A stretch of DNA of 64,000 bases. Origin: Selaginella moellendorffii. Taxonomy: Eukaryota; Plantae; Lycopodiophyta. Below the pieces are notes generated by a model. It did no database searches and was not told where the DNA came from. It was given only the letters and a program-made list of their open reading frames with translations. Location of the stretch: contig NW_003314299.1 in assembly GCF_000143415.4 (NCBI RefSeq), positions 1,552,559-1,616,558 on the forward strand, given 5' to 3'. Below are positions 25,600 to 38,243 of the stretch, in pieces. The first letter of the stretch is position 1. Every line of letters begins with the position of its first letter. The translations under genes and the position numbers were made by a program.

Positions 25600-27612
25600 T
25601 CTTAATTATATCTCTACTCTAGTATAGAAGCCTTTTTATCTTGATAAGCCTCTTGTGGTCTAGATAAATGTGATTTATATTGTTATTTGCTTTAAGTTGG
25701 GTGTCCTCTCACATATATCAGTCACAAATTTGATGTCATACAATAGAATTAGCCTACTTGATAAGGAGTTATATACTAGGATCACTATTATGAATGAATG
25801 ACAACATTATCTATATAAATCAGATTTTTATTTGAATTCAAACCATTAGTGTTTCTAGGATTTTAATTTTCAAAAGGAATTTTGAGGCAACTTTTCTTAT
25901 TAGCAAAAGTTCTTATAGATGTCTATTAAAATTGGTAAAAGCATAGAGATGGCAATAAAGTGGCTGATACTTTATATAGGATAGTGAATTTAATTTGATT
26001 CGTGAAGCTATCAAGAGATCTATTGAATGAGCTTAAGAAGTTTGTTGACTTTGACTCCTTTACCATTAATGTGCATGTGAAGGTTTTATTAAAGGATATC
26101 TCTACAGATTTGAAAGGTGATAAATTTGTGTCATTAGAGATATAAAAAGGCATCCTAGTGAAAAAGGGACATATGTAGTTCCTCATGTTGATAAACTCAT
26201 CAAATAAACCTTAATTAAGTGTTATGATATGCTAATTACTAAGCATCTAGACTGATGACATATATATTAATAAAAAAGTAATTCTTTTGGCTTGGAATGA
26301 AGTTTAATTGCTAAGAGATCATCAAAATCTTATTAGCTTCTATCATCCTTTATATGTACCCAAGAATAAATAGGATAGCATCTCAATATACAATATCATT
26401 AATTTGCCTAAAACTTTTTAAGGAAAGAATGTTATTTAGATTGTTGTGGATCGTTTAACAAAGATAGCTCACTTCTTCCTAATGAAGACTATAATTAAAA
26501 CTTTTAAACTTGCTCAATTACTTATAGATGAGTTATTTAGTCTCTAGGATGGTATTATAAATGATTGAAATCCCAACTTCATATCCAAGTTTTAACAAAC
26601 AATCGTTGAGAAGCTAGAGACTAAACTAAGTAGAAGTAGTGGTGCACATCCACAATCAAATGGGCAGACACTAGTATGATTTAGCATCTCATGATTTTGA
26701 GTTAAAGAATATGAATCAGATGTTAGAAGATATTTTAAGGTTTTTTATGTATAAACTCTTAAATTTGAACTTCCCAGTATGTCATCTAGTCTAATATTAT
26801 TTAATATAAAGACACTTAGCCCTAAATATATCAATACCCTTAACCAATTGGAAAAGAGGCTACACTTTTGTTAATAACCCTTTCCTTTTATATTTGAACC
26901 CTTATAGACTATTTTTTTATTTGTTCTCCTTAGTTATTTATAAAATTTTGACTCTACAAAGTGTATGAGAGAAGTACCTACCTTTGCTTCAATTTTCTTA
27001 TAATAACACTCAACAATTCATTATTTATATATCTTAATTCATAATGATGTATAGCTGTAAACCAAGATCTGTAATTTACTTATAATTTCTTGGAGGATAT
27101 ACAAGACAAGCTTGAATTAGTTAAGACAAGCTCAAGAATAAGATAAAAGATAAGTTTATGGGCATTGTCATCATCAAGAGTACAAAATTAGTATCAAGAT
27201 TTTTCTTATGCTATTAAACGCATAACAGGCTTTAAAAAAAAGTGGCAATGTTTAGTTCAATATTATAGGTCTTGGATATCTTGCCGCACATAAGGATTAT
27301 ATTTACACTTTTGACTTACCAATTAATTTGAAAATTCATCTAACATTTCATGTGAGTAAATTTAGAGCGTGTTTACACTCTAGTGATGTTATGAATCAAT
27401 TAATCATCTAGGTCCTAGAGATTAATGTTGAGAAAGTTTGTCTAGCTAATATTCTTGCTCAAAGGTTAGCAAAAGTAAGTTACAAAACAACTCACGAGTT
27501 GTTGGTTCAATTAAATGGTTATTTCATGAATAATGTTATATGAGAAGTCAAAAAGAGAGTGTTTCTAAATTTAAATTATAACTTAGATGATATTCTTGAG
27601 AAAGGGGAGAGA
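25600..27612 (+). mobile_element. Decayed chromoviral-type gypsy pol (RNase H, integrase, chromodomain-like end)
   Basis: Stop-ridden frames contain PLTYISHKFD..DKELY, IVVDRLTKIAHF, SSGAHPQSNGQT, LKIHLTFHVSKFR and HELLVQ. PPT AAAGGGGAGAGA at ~27601. Confidence 0.8.
26748..26942 (-). mobile_element. Old 5S-box LTR copy (Cassandra-like) inserted in the gypsy integrase
   Basis: Reverse-complement similarity to the LTR at 30971-31164 (CCCTTAACCAATTGGAAAAGAGG, TATATTTGAACCC). Confidence 0.65.
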
Positions 27613-27879
27613 TGAGTTCTATAGTTATATTGCTATATAATTTGAGCTATTGCTTTATTTATATTCTCTTGTTTATATGGCTTTATTGTCATATGAGAAC
27701 ATTATATTGCTTTCTTTCTTTCATAACTATTTGTCATAACATTGACGTTATCATTCACACATCTTTTCTCTATGACTATAGAGTCTTGAACTCCCTTCAT
27801 GTAACGCTCATTTAGCTTCTCGAGACTACCATCCATGATTAGTTTATGAGGGAGGGGAAAATGACACAAACTATAGGAA

Positions 27880-28710
27880 CACTTATTAGGGATTCAGAGT
27901 TGTTTGTTTTAAGTGTATCACATTCAGAAAGAATGAGCAAATTTGGGTTATAGTTGATAGGTTGACTGAATACATGAGGTTTATCCCTCTTAAAAGTACT
28001 ATTATTGCTAAAAGAGTTATAACCAAATAAATATGTTAGTGAGGTTTTTTCTACTCATGAATTACTTTGGATATTGTTAGTGATCATGATACAAAATTTA
28101 ATAGTGGATTTTGGAAAAATTTCTTTCATGGTTTAGGTACTACTCTAAGTTTAGTAGTGGTGATCATAGATGAGGAAACAGAATGTATTACCAAGTTTTT
28201 GAAAACATGTTATATACTAGTATTGTTAAAATTAGCTAGTGTAGTGGGATTAATATATACCTTTGGCAAAATTTGCTTATAATAATAGCAAGCATGACAA
28301 CATTACTATAACATCATTCATTGCTATGTATGGATGACATCCTTGACTAATTGATCTTGGTATTTATTAGGTAGATTCTCTGGATTTGAATATTGATGCT
28401 CATAATTTGGTAGCTAAAATAGATAAGATTCTACATGATTGTTGAGGCAATCTTATGAAAATTCAAGATTATACCAATTAGCATAGAAGCTTTTGTCATT
28501 ATCATATTAGGTGGTTTTTCTATCTACTTTTCTAAAGACTTCCATTACCTCTTTATGAAAAGGAAAAAGTGATAAAGTTTCATCTTATTATATTAGGCCA
28601 TTTGAGATTATTCAGAAAATTAATAATATGGTATATAAGTTAAAGCTTTCAGTAGGTGTGTATGTACATCCAGTTTTTTATATGAGTCAACTTAAAAGAC
28701 TAGGGTAGTA
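27880..28710 (+). mobile_element. Second decayed gypsy integrase fragment
   Basis: IWVIVDRLTEYMRFIP, DIVSDHDTKFNSGFWKNFF and RPFEIIQKINNMVYKLKL..VYVHPVFYMSQLK. Confidence 0.8.
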
Positions 28711-29808
28711 TCAAAAGACTTATGATCATCTTTTACATTTATTGTTGCTCTTTAACCACCCAACTCTACAAAATAGTTCCACCTCTTTATTATAATGCAT
28801 AGTGAACGTATTAATATTGCTTTGTCACTAGCTTTATCATATTGTTGCATCACTAGCTACAGTTCAATACACGTTTTGTGTTGAACGCAATATATTTCAC
28901 CAAGTGTAATCTAGAGCATTTAAAGCTAGTGAATTTTGTTTGTGTAATTTTTGTCTTTGATTTTGATAAGTTTTGACATTATATAGGACATTTTATCAAG
29001 AGTAGGCCATCTACAATTTTTCATATGCTAACTCAACCAACCTATTTTACAAAGTTAATATGCTTATTGGATGTTGCAATTGCAAGTCTTTGACTTTGTC
29101 ATCCTAACTGAGAATGAATACATATTAGCTAATGTCCTTTAGTATCACTTCTGTTAACTTTCATTGTTCCTCTTGACTTGGTTATGATTTTTGAGACATC
29201 TTATGGTGGTTTATTATCCTTGTTATACAAACTACTAACAATTCTATGAGAAGATTTTTTTCCATCCCTATCTCAACAAGTAAGATATCAACTTTTTAAA
29301 AAGATAGTGAAGTTTCTTTTGGTAGTTGATATTTTGTGGCATTTTGCTAGTTGCATTGACTCAGATGAATTTACAATTATACTCCAAGCTATGCATATCG
29401 CTATGTGGATAATGTTTGATTTGTTAAACACTTGGCTAGTAATTTGAGATGGTCTATATTAAAGATAAACATCCACTACATTATAAGTTGAGGTAATTTC
29501 TTGTGTTGCAATAGACTAGGACACTACAATAACTTCATCTATAGTAATTTTTCTAGTACCATATATCATTTTATTTGATCATAGATCTCATTTCCTTGGT
29601 TTAGTGGTGAATATCTTAATTCAGAAGTTCAATATCACCCATTTAAAATTTAGTACTTACTTGCCTCAAAAGAATAGACAAACAAAGATTACAAATAAGT
29701 TTGTAAAGTAGATTCTCTAGAAGTTAAAAAACTATAGAATAAACATGTTATAATGCAAAATATAAAATTATTCCCCTAAACCAACCAAAAGAGTCAAACT
29801 TAAAACCT

Positions 29809-29968
29809 GTTCTAATACCAAATGTAAACTTTTAAATTTAGACTTTCTGTGAGGTCACCTAGCCCAGTATTATTTAAACCTAAGGACACTTAACTCTAAC
29901 TATTCTAAAACCCTTAATCAATTAAAAAATGGGGTACACTCTTAAGTCATTCTTTTTGGTTGCTTACA
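29809..29968 (-). mobile_element. 5S-box LTR (29823-29968) with adjacent tRNA-Met-type PBS
   Basis: On the minus strand it reads TGTAAGCAACCAAAAAG...AGTTAAGTGTCC...CTGGGCTAGGTGACCTC...TTTACA, then TTTGGTATTAGAAC. Confidence 0.75.
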
Positions 29969-30534
29969 CATTGATAATGTATTCACTAAGCCAAAGAGGA
30001 GGACTCATTGCAAAAACTCCCCATGATTTATGAAAAATAGTTTTTAAGCTAATCTTATTCAATAATTCAAATTTGGTTATAGTTAGCAAAGCCATAATTA
30101 AATTTTCCATTCCACTTTAATCATTTAATTGCTTTGACCACTTGAAAGAGTCTTATTAATATATGCTACGACCCTAAAGGTGGCTTCACTTGCACTTGGT
30201 ACAAATTTTCCACATATCTAAATTCTATTTTAGGCATCCAAAGGTATCAATGATGTGAGACACAAATCCCTATGTCCCAAAATGGAGTAGAAAGGGTGCC
30301 ACATGGTAATGGTTGAAATGAAAGTTTAATAAGCATAACATATTTGGATTGAATGCTCTAACTTGAAAAGTCAAGAGTAGGAGTGGAACTCCAAACAAAA
30401 TGTTCGAGGAATGAGTACGAAATAATCAATGAATGAGTCTCTAAAAAAGGACACAAAAAAGATTGACACGTGGCAGGTGTCATGATACATAGAAGTGTTA
30501 AGAACAAGTCTAAAAAGAGTCTAAAAAGGAATGT

Positions 30535-30970
30535 GAGATAGAGTCCGAGATGGAGTCTAAAAAGGAATCCAAGATGGAGTCCAAGATGGAGTCCAATATG
30601 GAGTTTGATATGGATCTAAGATGGACCCGAGATGGAATTCGATATGGAGTTTAATATAAACCCGATATGGACTTAAGATGGACCTAAGATGGAGTTCCAC
30701 TCGAGATGGAGTCCAATATAGAGTCTAATATGGATTTGAGATGGACCCAAGATGGACCTGAGATGGAATCTAAGATGGACTTGAGATGGACCCGATATAA
30801 AGTCTAAAATGGGACCCAAGATGGAATCCGACATGGACCTGAAATAGAGTCCAATATGGACCCAAGATGGAGTCTGATATGGACCTGAGATAGAGTCCAA
30901 GGTCGAGTCTAAGCTGGACTTAAGATGGAACCAAGACCGAGACCAAGATTGAGTCTGAGACTGAGACTGA
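30535..30970 (+). repeat. Degenerate 12-bp minisatellite (GATGGAGTCCAA / TATGGACCTGAG variants)
   Basis: About 35 periodic units seen directly; related units resume after 31632. Confidence 0.85.
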
Positions 30971-31632
30971 TGTAAGCAACCAAAGGGAACGACTCGAGAG
31001 ACAGTCCATGGGGTTCAAATATAGAGGGAAAGGGCCCATGAATAAGAGTGCACCCCCTTTTCCAATCGGTTAAGGGTCTTGGGATACTTGGAGTTAAGCG
31101 TCTTTGGGGTTGAATAGTACTGGGTTGGGTGACCTCCCGGGAAGTCCAAACTCATGAGCTTACAACTGAGTCAAAGTCAAAGTTGGGGTTGAATAGTACT
31201 GGGCTGGGTGACCTCCCGGTACATGGGGTTCAAATATAGAGGGAAAGAGCCCATGAATAAGAGTGCACCCCCTTTTCCAATCGGTTAAGGGTCTTGGGAT
31301 ACTTGGAGTTAAGCGTCCTTGGGGTTAAATAGTACTGGGCTGGGTGACCTCCCGGGAAGTCCAAACTCAGGAGCTTACAACTGAGTCAAAGTCAAAGTTG
31401 GGGTTGAATAATACTGGGCTGGGTGACCTCCCGGGTGGGTGACCTCTCGGGAAGTCCAAACTCAGGAGCTTACAACTGAGTCAAAGTGAAAGTTGGGGTT
31501 GAATAGTACTGGGTTGGGTGACCTCCTGGGAAGTCCAAACTCAGGAGCTTACAACTGAGTCAAAGTCAAAGTTGGGGTTGAATAGTACTGGGTTGGGTGA
31601 CCTCCCGGGAAGTCCAAACTCAGGAGCTTACA
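30971..31632 (+). mobile_element. Cassandra-like solo LTR with 5S rRNA internal promoter, followed by tandem amplification of its 3' half
   Basis: LTR 30971-31164 has TGTAAGC...GCTTACA termini and an ACTGA target-site duplication. Its 5S-like core AGTTAAGCGT...AGTACTGGGTTGGGTGACCTCCCGGGAAGTCC lies at 31092-31147. LTR 3' ends recur at 31379, 31474, 31553 and 31632. Confidence 0.88.
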
Positions 31633-31879
31633 ACTGAGTCAAAGTCAAAGTCCAAGTCTATGGCCAAGAAAGGCTAGTATGACCAAGGAAGGCTATACCC
31701 ACGTGGTGGGGGATGATATGACCACTAAAAAATCCAAGGCTAGAGTGAATACAAATGGACAAGTGGGATAATTTGGTGATGTGTTCAAAAACTAACTTTA
31801 ACTCCTCTAGGAGATCGAATAGTCAATGCTTTTAATCCAAGTGTGGGTGGCATTATCTACTTAGATACCTAGTGTAGCT

Positions 31880-33350
31880 CATTGGAACCTCGCTCTAGCC
31901 ATATGGCTAGGGCCCTCAAAGGCAAAAAGTGGGGAGAGTACTATAGGTTTATAATGTTTTAAAATATTGTTCTAAAATCCCAGACCGTGGAAAGGAAGAA
32001 AAATAGTCTTCTTGTGTAGTGACTAAGGATGTAATCATGTGGCAAGGAAGTCCCAAACGTCAATGGGATGTAATGGTTGGGCTTTTGAACTTTGACCTAG
32101 TGGCAGTGTTGGTGAATACAACTGAGGATAGAGTGGTTCCTATGTCTCCAAGCATTTTAAGGATGCTAAAAAGTGGTTCTGGGATGACTATTTATAGACG
32201 AATGACTTAGTCTTTGAAAAATGGGACTATGGTACAGGTGGTCTAGGACTATTAATGAGATAAGGGTAAATGAACATGGCTTTAGTGTAACAAACTAATA
32301 TTGTGGATCAGATACATAGGGTATGTGGATCAAGTGCAAAGGCTGAGTGTCATAGATGCTATTCACAGGGCTAGCAAGTCCTCAAGTCTAGAATAGAATT
32401 TATGAAGGTTATGAGACTTCACCAAGTGATCAAAAGTATGGTTAAGTGATTAAAGTAGAATCTCTTAAGTTATTTTCTTAGTTGCTTACACCTTGCTCTA
32501 GCCATATGGCTAGGGCACATTAGTTATTAAAGGTAGGGGGAGTATCTATGAGGATTATATTAATTTGCAATGTTTTGAAATTATCTCAAAATTTTTTACT
32601 ATGGAAAGGAAGAGGACTGGTTCTTGTACTTGATAATGAAAGGTATGGTTACATGGTGAGGAAGTCTCTATGGTCAATGGGTTTTAATAACACCCTAATA
32701 TATTGTTGGTGAATATAACTATGGATAAAGAGAGATTTGATTAAACAATAGTGGCGATCCTAAGGATGGTAAATAGTGATTATAAAATAAATATTTATGA
32801 CATAGATGGTTTTTTTTGTTTATAGTAATGGTGGTCTTAAATTACTAATAAGATAGTAAGAATAGATATGGATTTAATGTAAGAGGGCAATATTATAAAC
32901 GACTAAATTTTCCACGATCCATAAGGGTCAAAAATAAAGGGAAAGGGGCCATGAACAAGAATGCACCTCTTTTTTCAATCAGTTAAAAGTTTTGGGATAC
33001 TTTGAGTTAAGTGTCCTTAAGTTTGATTAATATTGGGTCTTAGGAAATTTAAATTCAAAATTTATATTTGCATATGTTGAAATTAACATCTTGTAAGTTC
33101 AATTTTCTTTGGCTAAGCTTGACCTAAGGGATAGGATGTCAAAAGAGTAGAGCTCTCAAAAGAGCTGTAGCTTTTAACTTTTATTGCTTCTGGGAGAGTT
33201 ATGGCTCTTAACTTTTGTTTACGAGGGTGTAATAGATTATGAGTAATTAAAAATAATAACTTGAAATATAGAGGGAAATGGCCTATGAACAAAAGTACAC
33301 CCCGTTTTTCAATTTGTTAAGGGGTTTTTTCAAATTCAGGAGCTTACAAA
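31880..33350. repeat. Duplicated TE-derived blocks (31880-32330 ~ 32490-32900) plus further decayed 5S-box LTR pieces (32460-32490, 32920-33060, 33260-33350)
   Basis: Shared near-palindrome GCTCTAGCCATATGGCTAGGGC and GGAAAGGAAGA blocks; LTR-like GAGGGAAA.GGCC.ATGAA.AAGA.TGCACC. Confidence 0.6.
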
Positions 33351-33399
33351 AGGTTTTAATTAGCCATATAAAGTATCCAAGTATGTAGTGCCACCCCAA

Positions 33400-36060
33400 C
33401 TTAAATTAAGAGCATTGACTATTCATTTTCTGAAAGAATTAAATCTAACTATAAATCACAACATCTATGTCACACTTTCTTTATTTCTCAAGTTCTGAAA
33501 AAAAATACCTTCACTTTCCCACATCTCATCTATGAGCAAATATTCATATCAATATGACCATTTAGACTTAATGTAATCTCTATTTACTTCTATCATTCTT
33601 ATTGTTGTACATCCTTCAGCCAATATGTCTATTTAATTGCCATCCTAGTATATATGTGCCAAAACCTCTTCTAACCACTCTTTCCTAGAAGCAATAAGTA
33701 TGATTGCACCAATTCAGCCTGAAAGTTAATAATAATGATCTATAGGAGCATACAAACTCCATTCATGTCTAGTAGTATATCCTTGATAAGTCCCACTATC
33801 TTATCATAATGTTAAGCAAAGGTTTTGAGAATTGTTATATTAAATTGATCTTGAGTTGTCAACAAATATCCTGAACCTGAGTTTATGATTGATTTTAAGA
33901 CTAATTTACTATTCACTAATGGAGAGCAAGAAAATGCTCATAGATCAACATATTGTGTATAAATTCCAACTTGATATAGATTCTATATTAGAACCTAAGT
34001 CTCCTCCAGCTATCCATCTAGGTGATGAGAGGTCATCCAACAACTTTAGAGCAATCTCTACAAGTTGTATGATAGTGGTCACAACAACTTCAAATCATCC
34101 ATTAACAAATATGGTTGAGTTTGTAAGGTCAATAGAGAGACTGGTTCAAGAGGTACCACCTTCAAATTAGTTTTAGTTATAGTTAATCTAAGAATTAAGG
34201 CATAGGATTGTTACAACTCCTATAAAGGTTCTTGTTATGGTATTCATCCTGGTCATTGTCAACATTGGTGAGGTATCTACTTCCTTAAGTTTGCAAAACA
34301 AATCCACTAATAAAATTTGTTTACCATTTGTCCCCTATATAAGTAATTTTCACACTATATGCTAAAATTAAATACTCAAAATATTCAATTTCCTCCAAGA
34401 AAACTCATAATTGGATAACTTTAAATTATCCCTCAAAAGTTAAAAAAATCTTTTCACATGTATCTTATATTCCTCCACTATGGAGTTGAACACTAATATT
34501 ATCAATTGCAAACTTTCCTAATTAAGGCTATAAAAATTAATTCATTAACCTTTAAAATGTTGTGGGAGCATTTGTCAAACTAAATGGCATCAACTCACAG
34601 TGGCCCGTCTTTATCTAAATTATTATTATCCAAATTGCCGTATTTGAAACATATTTTAGTTTGGCACAAATATGATGATACTCTTACCTTAATTCAATAT
34701 TTATAAAATATTAAATACTACAAAGATGATCAAGCAAATTATCAATACAAGAGATTTGGAATATATTTTTTACTATCTTGCATTTAATCCCTTGTATTTT
34801 ATGTAGAAACATTATATCTTATCTTTCTTCTTGATTATCACACTGAAAAGACCTACAAAAACTTACTTATGTGCAACCATCTCTTCTGAAAATATTTAGT
34901 AAGTTGTATGTTGATCCCCTTCTCTTCAGTAAGACTAATATGAGTCAACTGTCAATGATAAAGAGTAGGTCTAGGAACCAGGTTAATCTCATGTTAAATC
35001 TCATATTCTAAAGGCAAAACATTAGGCAACTCATCATGAAATATATCACAAAATTCCTCTTAAATGTGATTCATATAAAATTTATATCCATGAATATACT
35101 CTAAAGCATTAATCAATGGAGTATCACTATTATCTATCCTCAAAATTTTCTTCACAATGCCATTAGCTTTGACATGCAAGAAATTATACTCACAATGAAT
35201 CCTTGGCCTCCTATTATAAAACCATTTCTTCCCAAAAAATGACATTATGTAACAAGATTTATACAAGAATCCCCTAAACCATTAAAAAAACATTTAGAGC
35301 CCATTCACCATAAATACAAGTTTTATTAACTATAACCATTTTATAAATCACCAAGCTCTTCTTTACAGGTAAACTATGTTTTTTCACCACCTTAAAGCTC
35401 AAAAAGTTGAGTATGGCACCTAGATAAAAAAAATTGTTAGCCTCACTACCTTGAATATCTTTATAAGCTGATTGCATATAAAACTATTAAGCTTCACAAA
35501 ACTCAAGATTTAGATTCTTGAACATTTGCTATGGGGCTTGGAAGAGCTATCACAATATACTTCTAATTTATATCCACAATTGATTTCTCTATATTCATCT
35601 TAGCATTCTTTGACCCTTTCACAAAAAGATAATTTTTAACATGATATCCACTCTTGTTGCAATAAAAACAATTACCCTTTATATTGTCTTTCTACTAGTC
35701 TCAATGGAGCTTTTTAGCCTCATTGCCATCTCTATTCTTTGAGCCTTAACAGAGTAACAATAATTTCTTCTGAGATTAACCTCTTCAAATTCTTGATAAA
35801 CAAAATGCATAAAATTTTGTTAAATCAAATTAATTGAATTAATTTTAATGTAATTCATCCATCACAAAAGTAGCATGACTTATAACATTCATTACAAAAA
35901 AGTTAATTTTCCCCTTGTCCTCACAAAGGTTGTAAGACTAGCAACTTTCTCACAAATCTAACCAACAATCAACCTCATAGTTGTTACAAATATTTAGTGA
36001 TAATTTCTATACCATAATACTATAATGCTTGGTATATTTGATATACCAATGGTAATCACA
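33400..36060 (-). mobile_element. Decayed gypsy gag-pol
   Basis: RT motif KTGHCELMPFSLTNAPTTF*RLMN at ~34545-34615 (minus strand). PBS-like TGGTATATCAAA at ~36037-36048. Confidence 0.65.
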
Positions 36061-38243
36061 GATGTAAAATTGATTTATACCTTAAATATTAATTCAAAGT
36101 AGAAAATTCTTGATGAAATTAATGGAATCATTTACTTGTTGTCCTTAGTAATCTAGTGTCTTTGCCTCCTGACAACATCATTAAGAGTTTCCCTCAAAAG
36201 AACATACTGCTTGCATCTTGTTATGTTTGGCCATTTGAGATTATTAAGAAAATCAATATATGGTATGCAAACTAAATTTTTTTAGTACATATAGTTTTAA
36301 ATAGTTAAATCTGAAAGTAAATTACTATAGAGAAATTCTTGTGCACTACCAAAAGGAAATCCAGATAAAATAATAATTAATACTGTTAGTATGCTTTAAA
36401 TATTTTTAGAAGCCACATAATCTAATTAGTAATACATAAGATATCATCTTACCTAGCTAAATGCGAGTGAATCAATAGAACTAAGTAATACACATAGGAT
36501 AAGCTGCAGTGCATAATATATAAAACTATTTTGTATCTATATGATAGTATTTTTATTTATAATGTGGCGTACAATCTCTCTTTTCTCAATGAGCACTGAT
36601 GTTTAAGATTTTCATCCAAACCTCACTTACCAAGTGCTTGAGCTCCAAAGTATTTAATTTTTTCACCATCTACCATTTGTGTTCTAATGTTATGTATTTA
36701 CATAAATTATTAATATTCGTATTAATGCTAATATTTTTAGGATTAATAGAGTATTATTGGAAAAAAATATCAATTTTCTTACAATAGTATATCTATAATA
36801 GCTAGAAAAAAATACTTTAAGTTATACATTTTTCTTAATCTTTATATTTATAAAAATAAATAAATAGATAGCCTATGTAAGATGAAGATGGTAAAGTTAA
36901 AAATCAAGTGTCAAACTTGAAAAGTAGATTGCTGTGCTAGTAGCAACACTTGGTTTACTTATTTTTATTTTAATTAATAATTTAAATTTTTTATCTATTT
37001 TAAACACTTTAATAAAAATAATAATTATCTCATTTAATTGTTATTTTTACTTTGGTACAAAAAAAGACACTGGTAGATTGGACTTAGTTTTTTTCTCACC
37101 ACAATGTTGTGCATATAAGAATGGAGTATGTCAATTTTTCCAGATCATTGAGGCTTTCAAGGGAGAGGGGCAGTAAACAAAAACTTTGGCAGTTGGTAGT
37201 GACATATTACAGCAATTGTTCCATCATCAATGTGGTGATAATTTTAAAAATTCTGCTCAGGAGACCATCATGACAAGAAACTACTTGTTTTGGAGGAAAC
37301 TAGCACATCCTAAAGCTTCACAAAGAAACACTTCTATAGGGATAATCACCAGGATTCTTACAATGATTTAGGAGAGTTATAGCAATACTTATAGAGAAGA
37401 GACTGCAAAGATGTCATAACCTGATTCTCCAAAGTCAGATGCAATAGAGCAAGACAAGGATCGTGTGTGCTGCAAAGCCCCTGTCTTTTGACAGCATAAG
37501 TGCTGAATCTGGTGGTGTCAAGTTTTTTGTTCTTGTTTTGATTGTTGGTATCAATTTATACTTTCATTGACTCAAGTTAAGCTCACTTATATATCTGGAA
37601 TATCCACTACCACTTACAGGTTTTCTTAAGCAAATCAATAAACAAGTAGTGAGATTTTGTGATTACCTCATCTTCTGAGCTCTAGTTAAAAAAATATAAT
37701 AAAATTCATGTATTTAAGGTTAATAGACAATGTGTATAGGTGAGCCTTATTAGGCTTGTCAAAAGCAACTAGATATAAAATTAGCTCGGTGGCAATATAG
37801 TATAGTAAGATAGAAATATAAACACATATATTATAGTCACTGTATATAACAATTTTATTTTATAGAGCTATATTATGATTAAATTATCAGCCTCAAATTC
37901 TTATACAAGACCCCCAAAGAATTTAACATTTAATCTGGCAGTAAAGAACAATTACAAAACAGTGTCATTGTGCATAGTAAATGAAGGTTATAATTACACT
38001 AAGAAACTGGAGATATAAGAACATGGCTACTATAACCTCCTTGTTTTTGTGCAGCCAAAGTGATAAAGAATTAAAAAATTAGTAACAATTGATTATAGGA
38101 TTTAGTCTAGATTCCTTCATGAAAACATTGGAGATAGAAAATAGCAGTACCTTAAAGCAACTAATTAAATCTGGTAATCAAATGTTAACCATGATAATAT
38201 TATAATGCTAGAAACAATTATTAATCATATAAATTATAGGTCC

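Noticed and set aside
31092-31620. 5S rRNA gene array
   Set aside because: Only the internal A-C box region resembles 5S; the 5' ~45 nt and 3' end are missing, and it sits inside an LTR with a TSD.
30535-31660. CRISPR-like repeat-spacer array
   Set aside because: Units are contiguous tandem repeats without unique spacers; eukaryotic context and no cas genes.
37100-37700. Slightly GC-richer patch with short ORFs
   Set aside because: No motif or gene structure could be supported.
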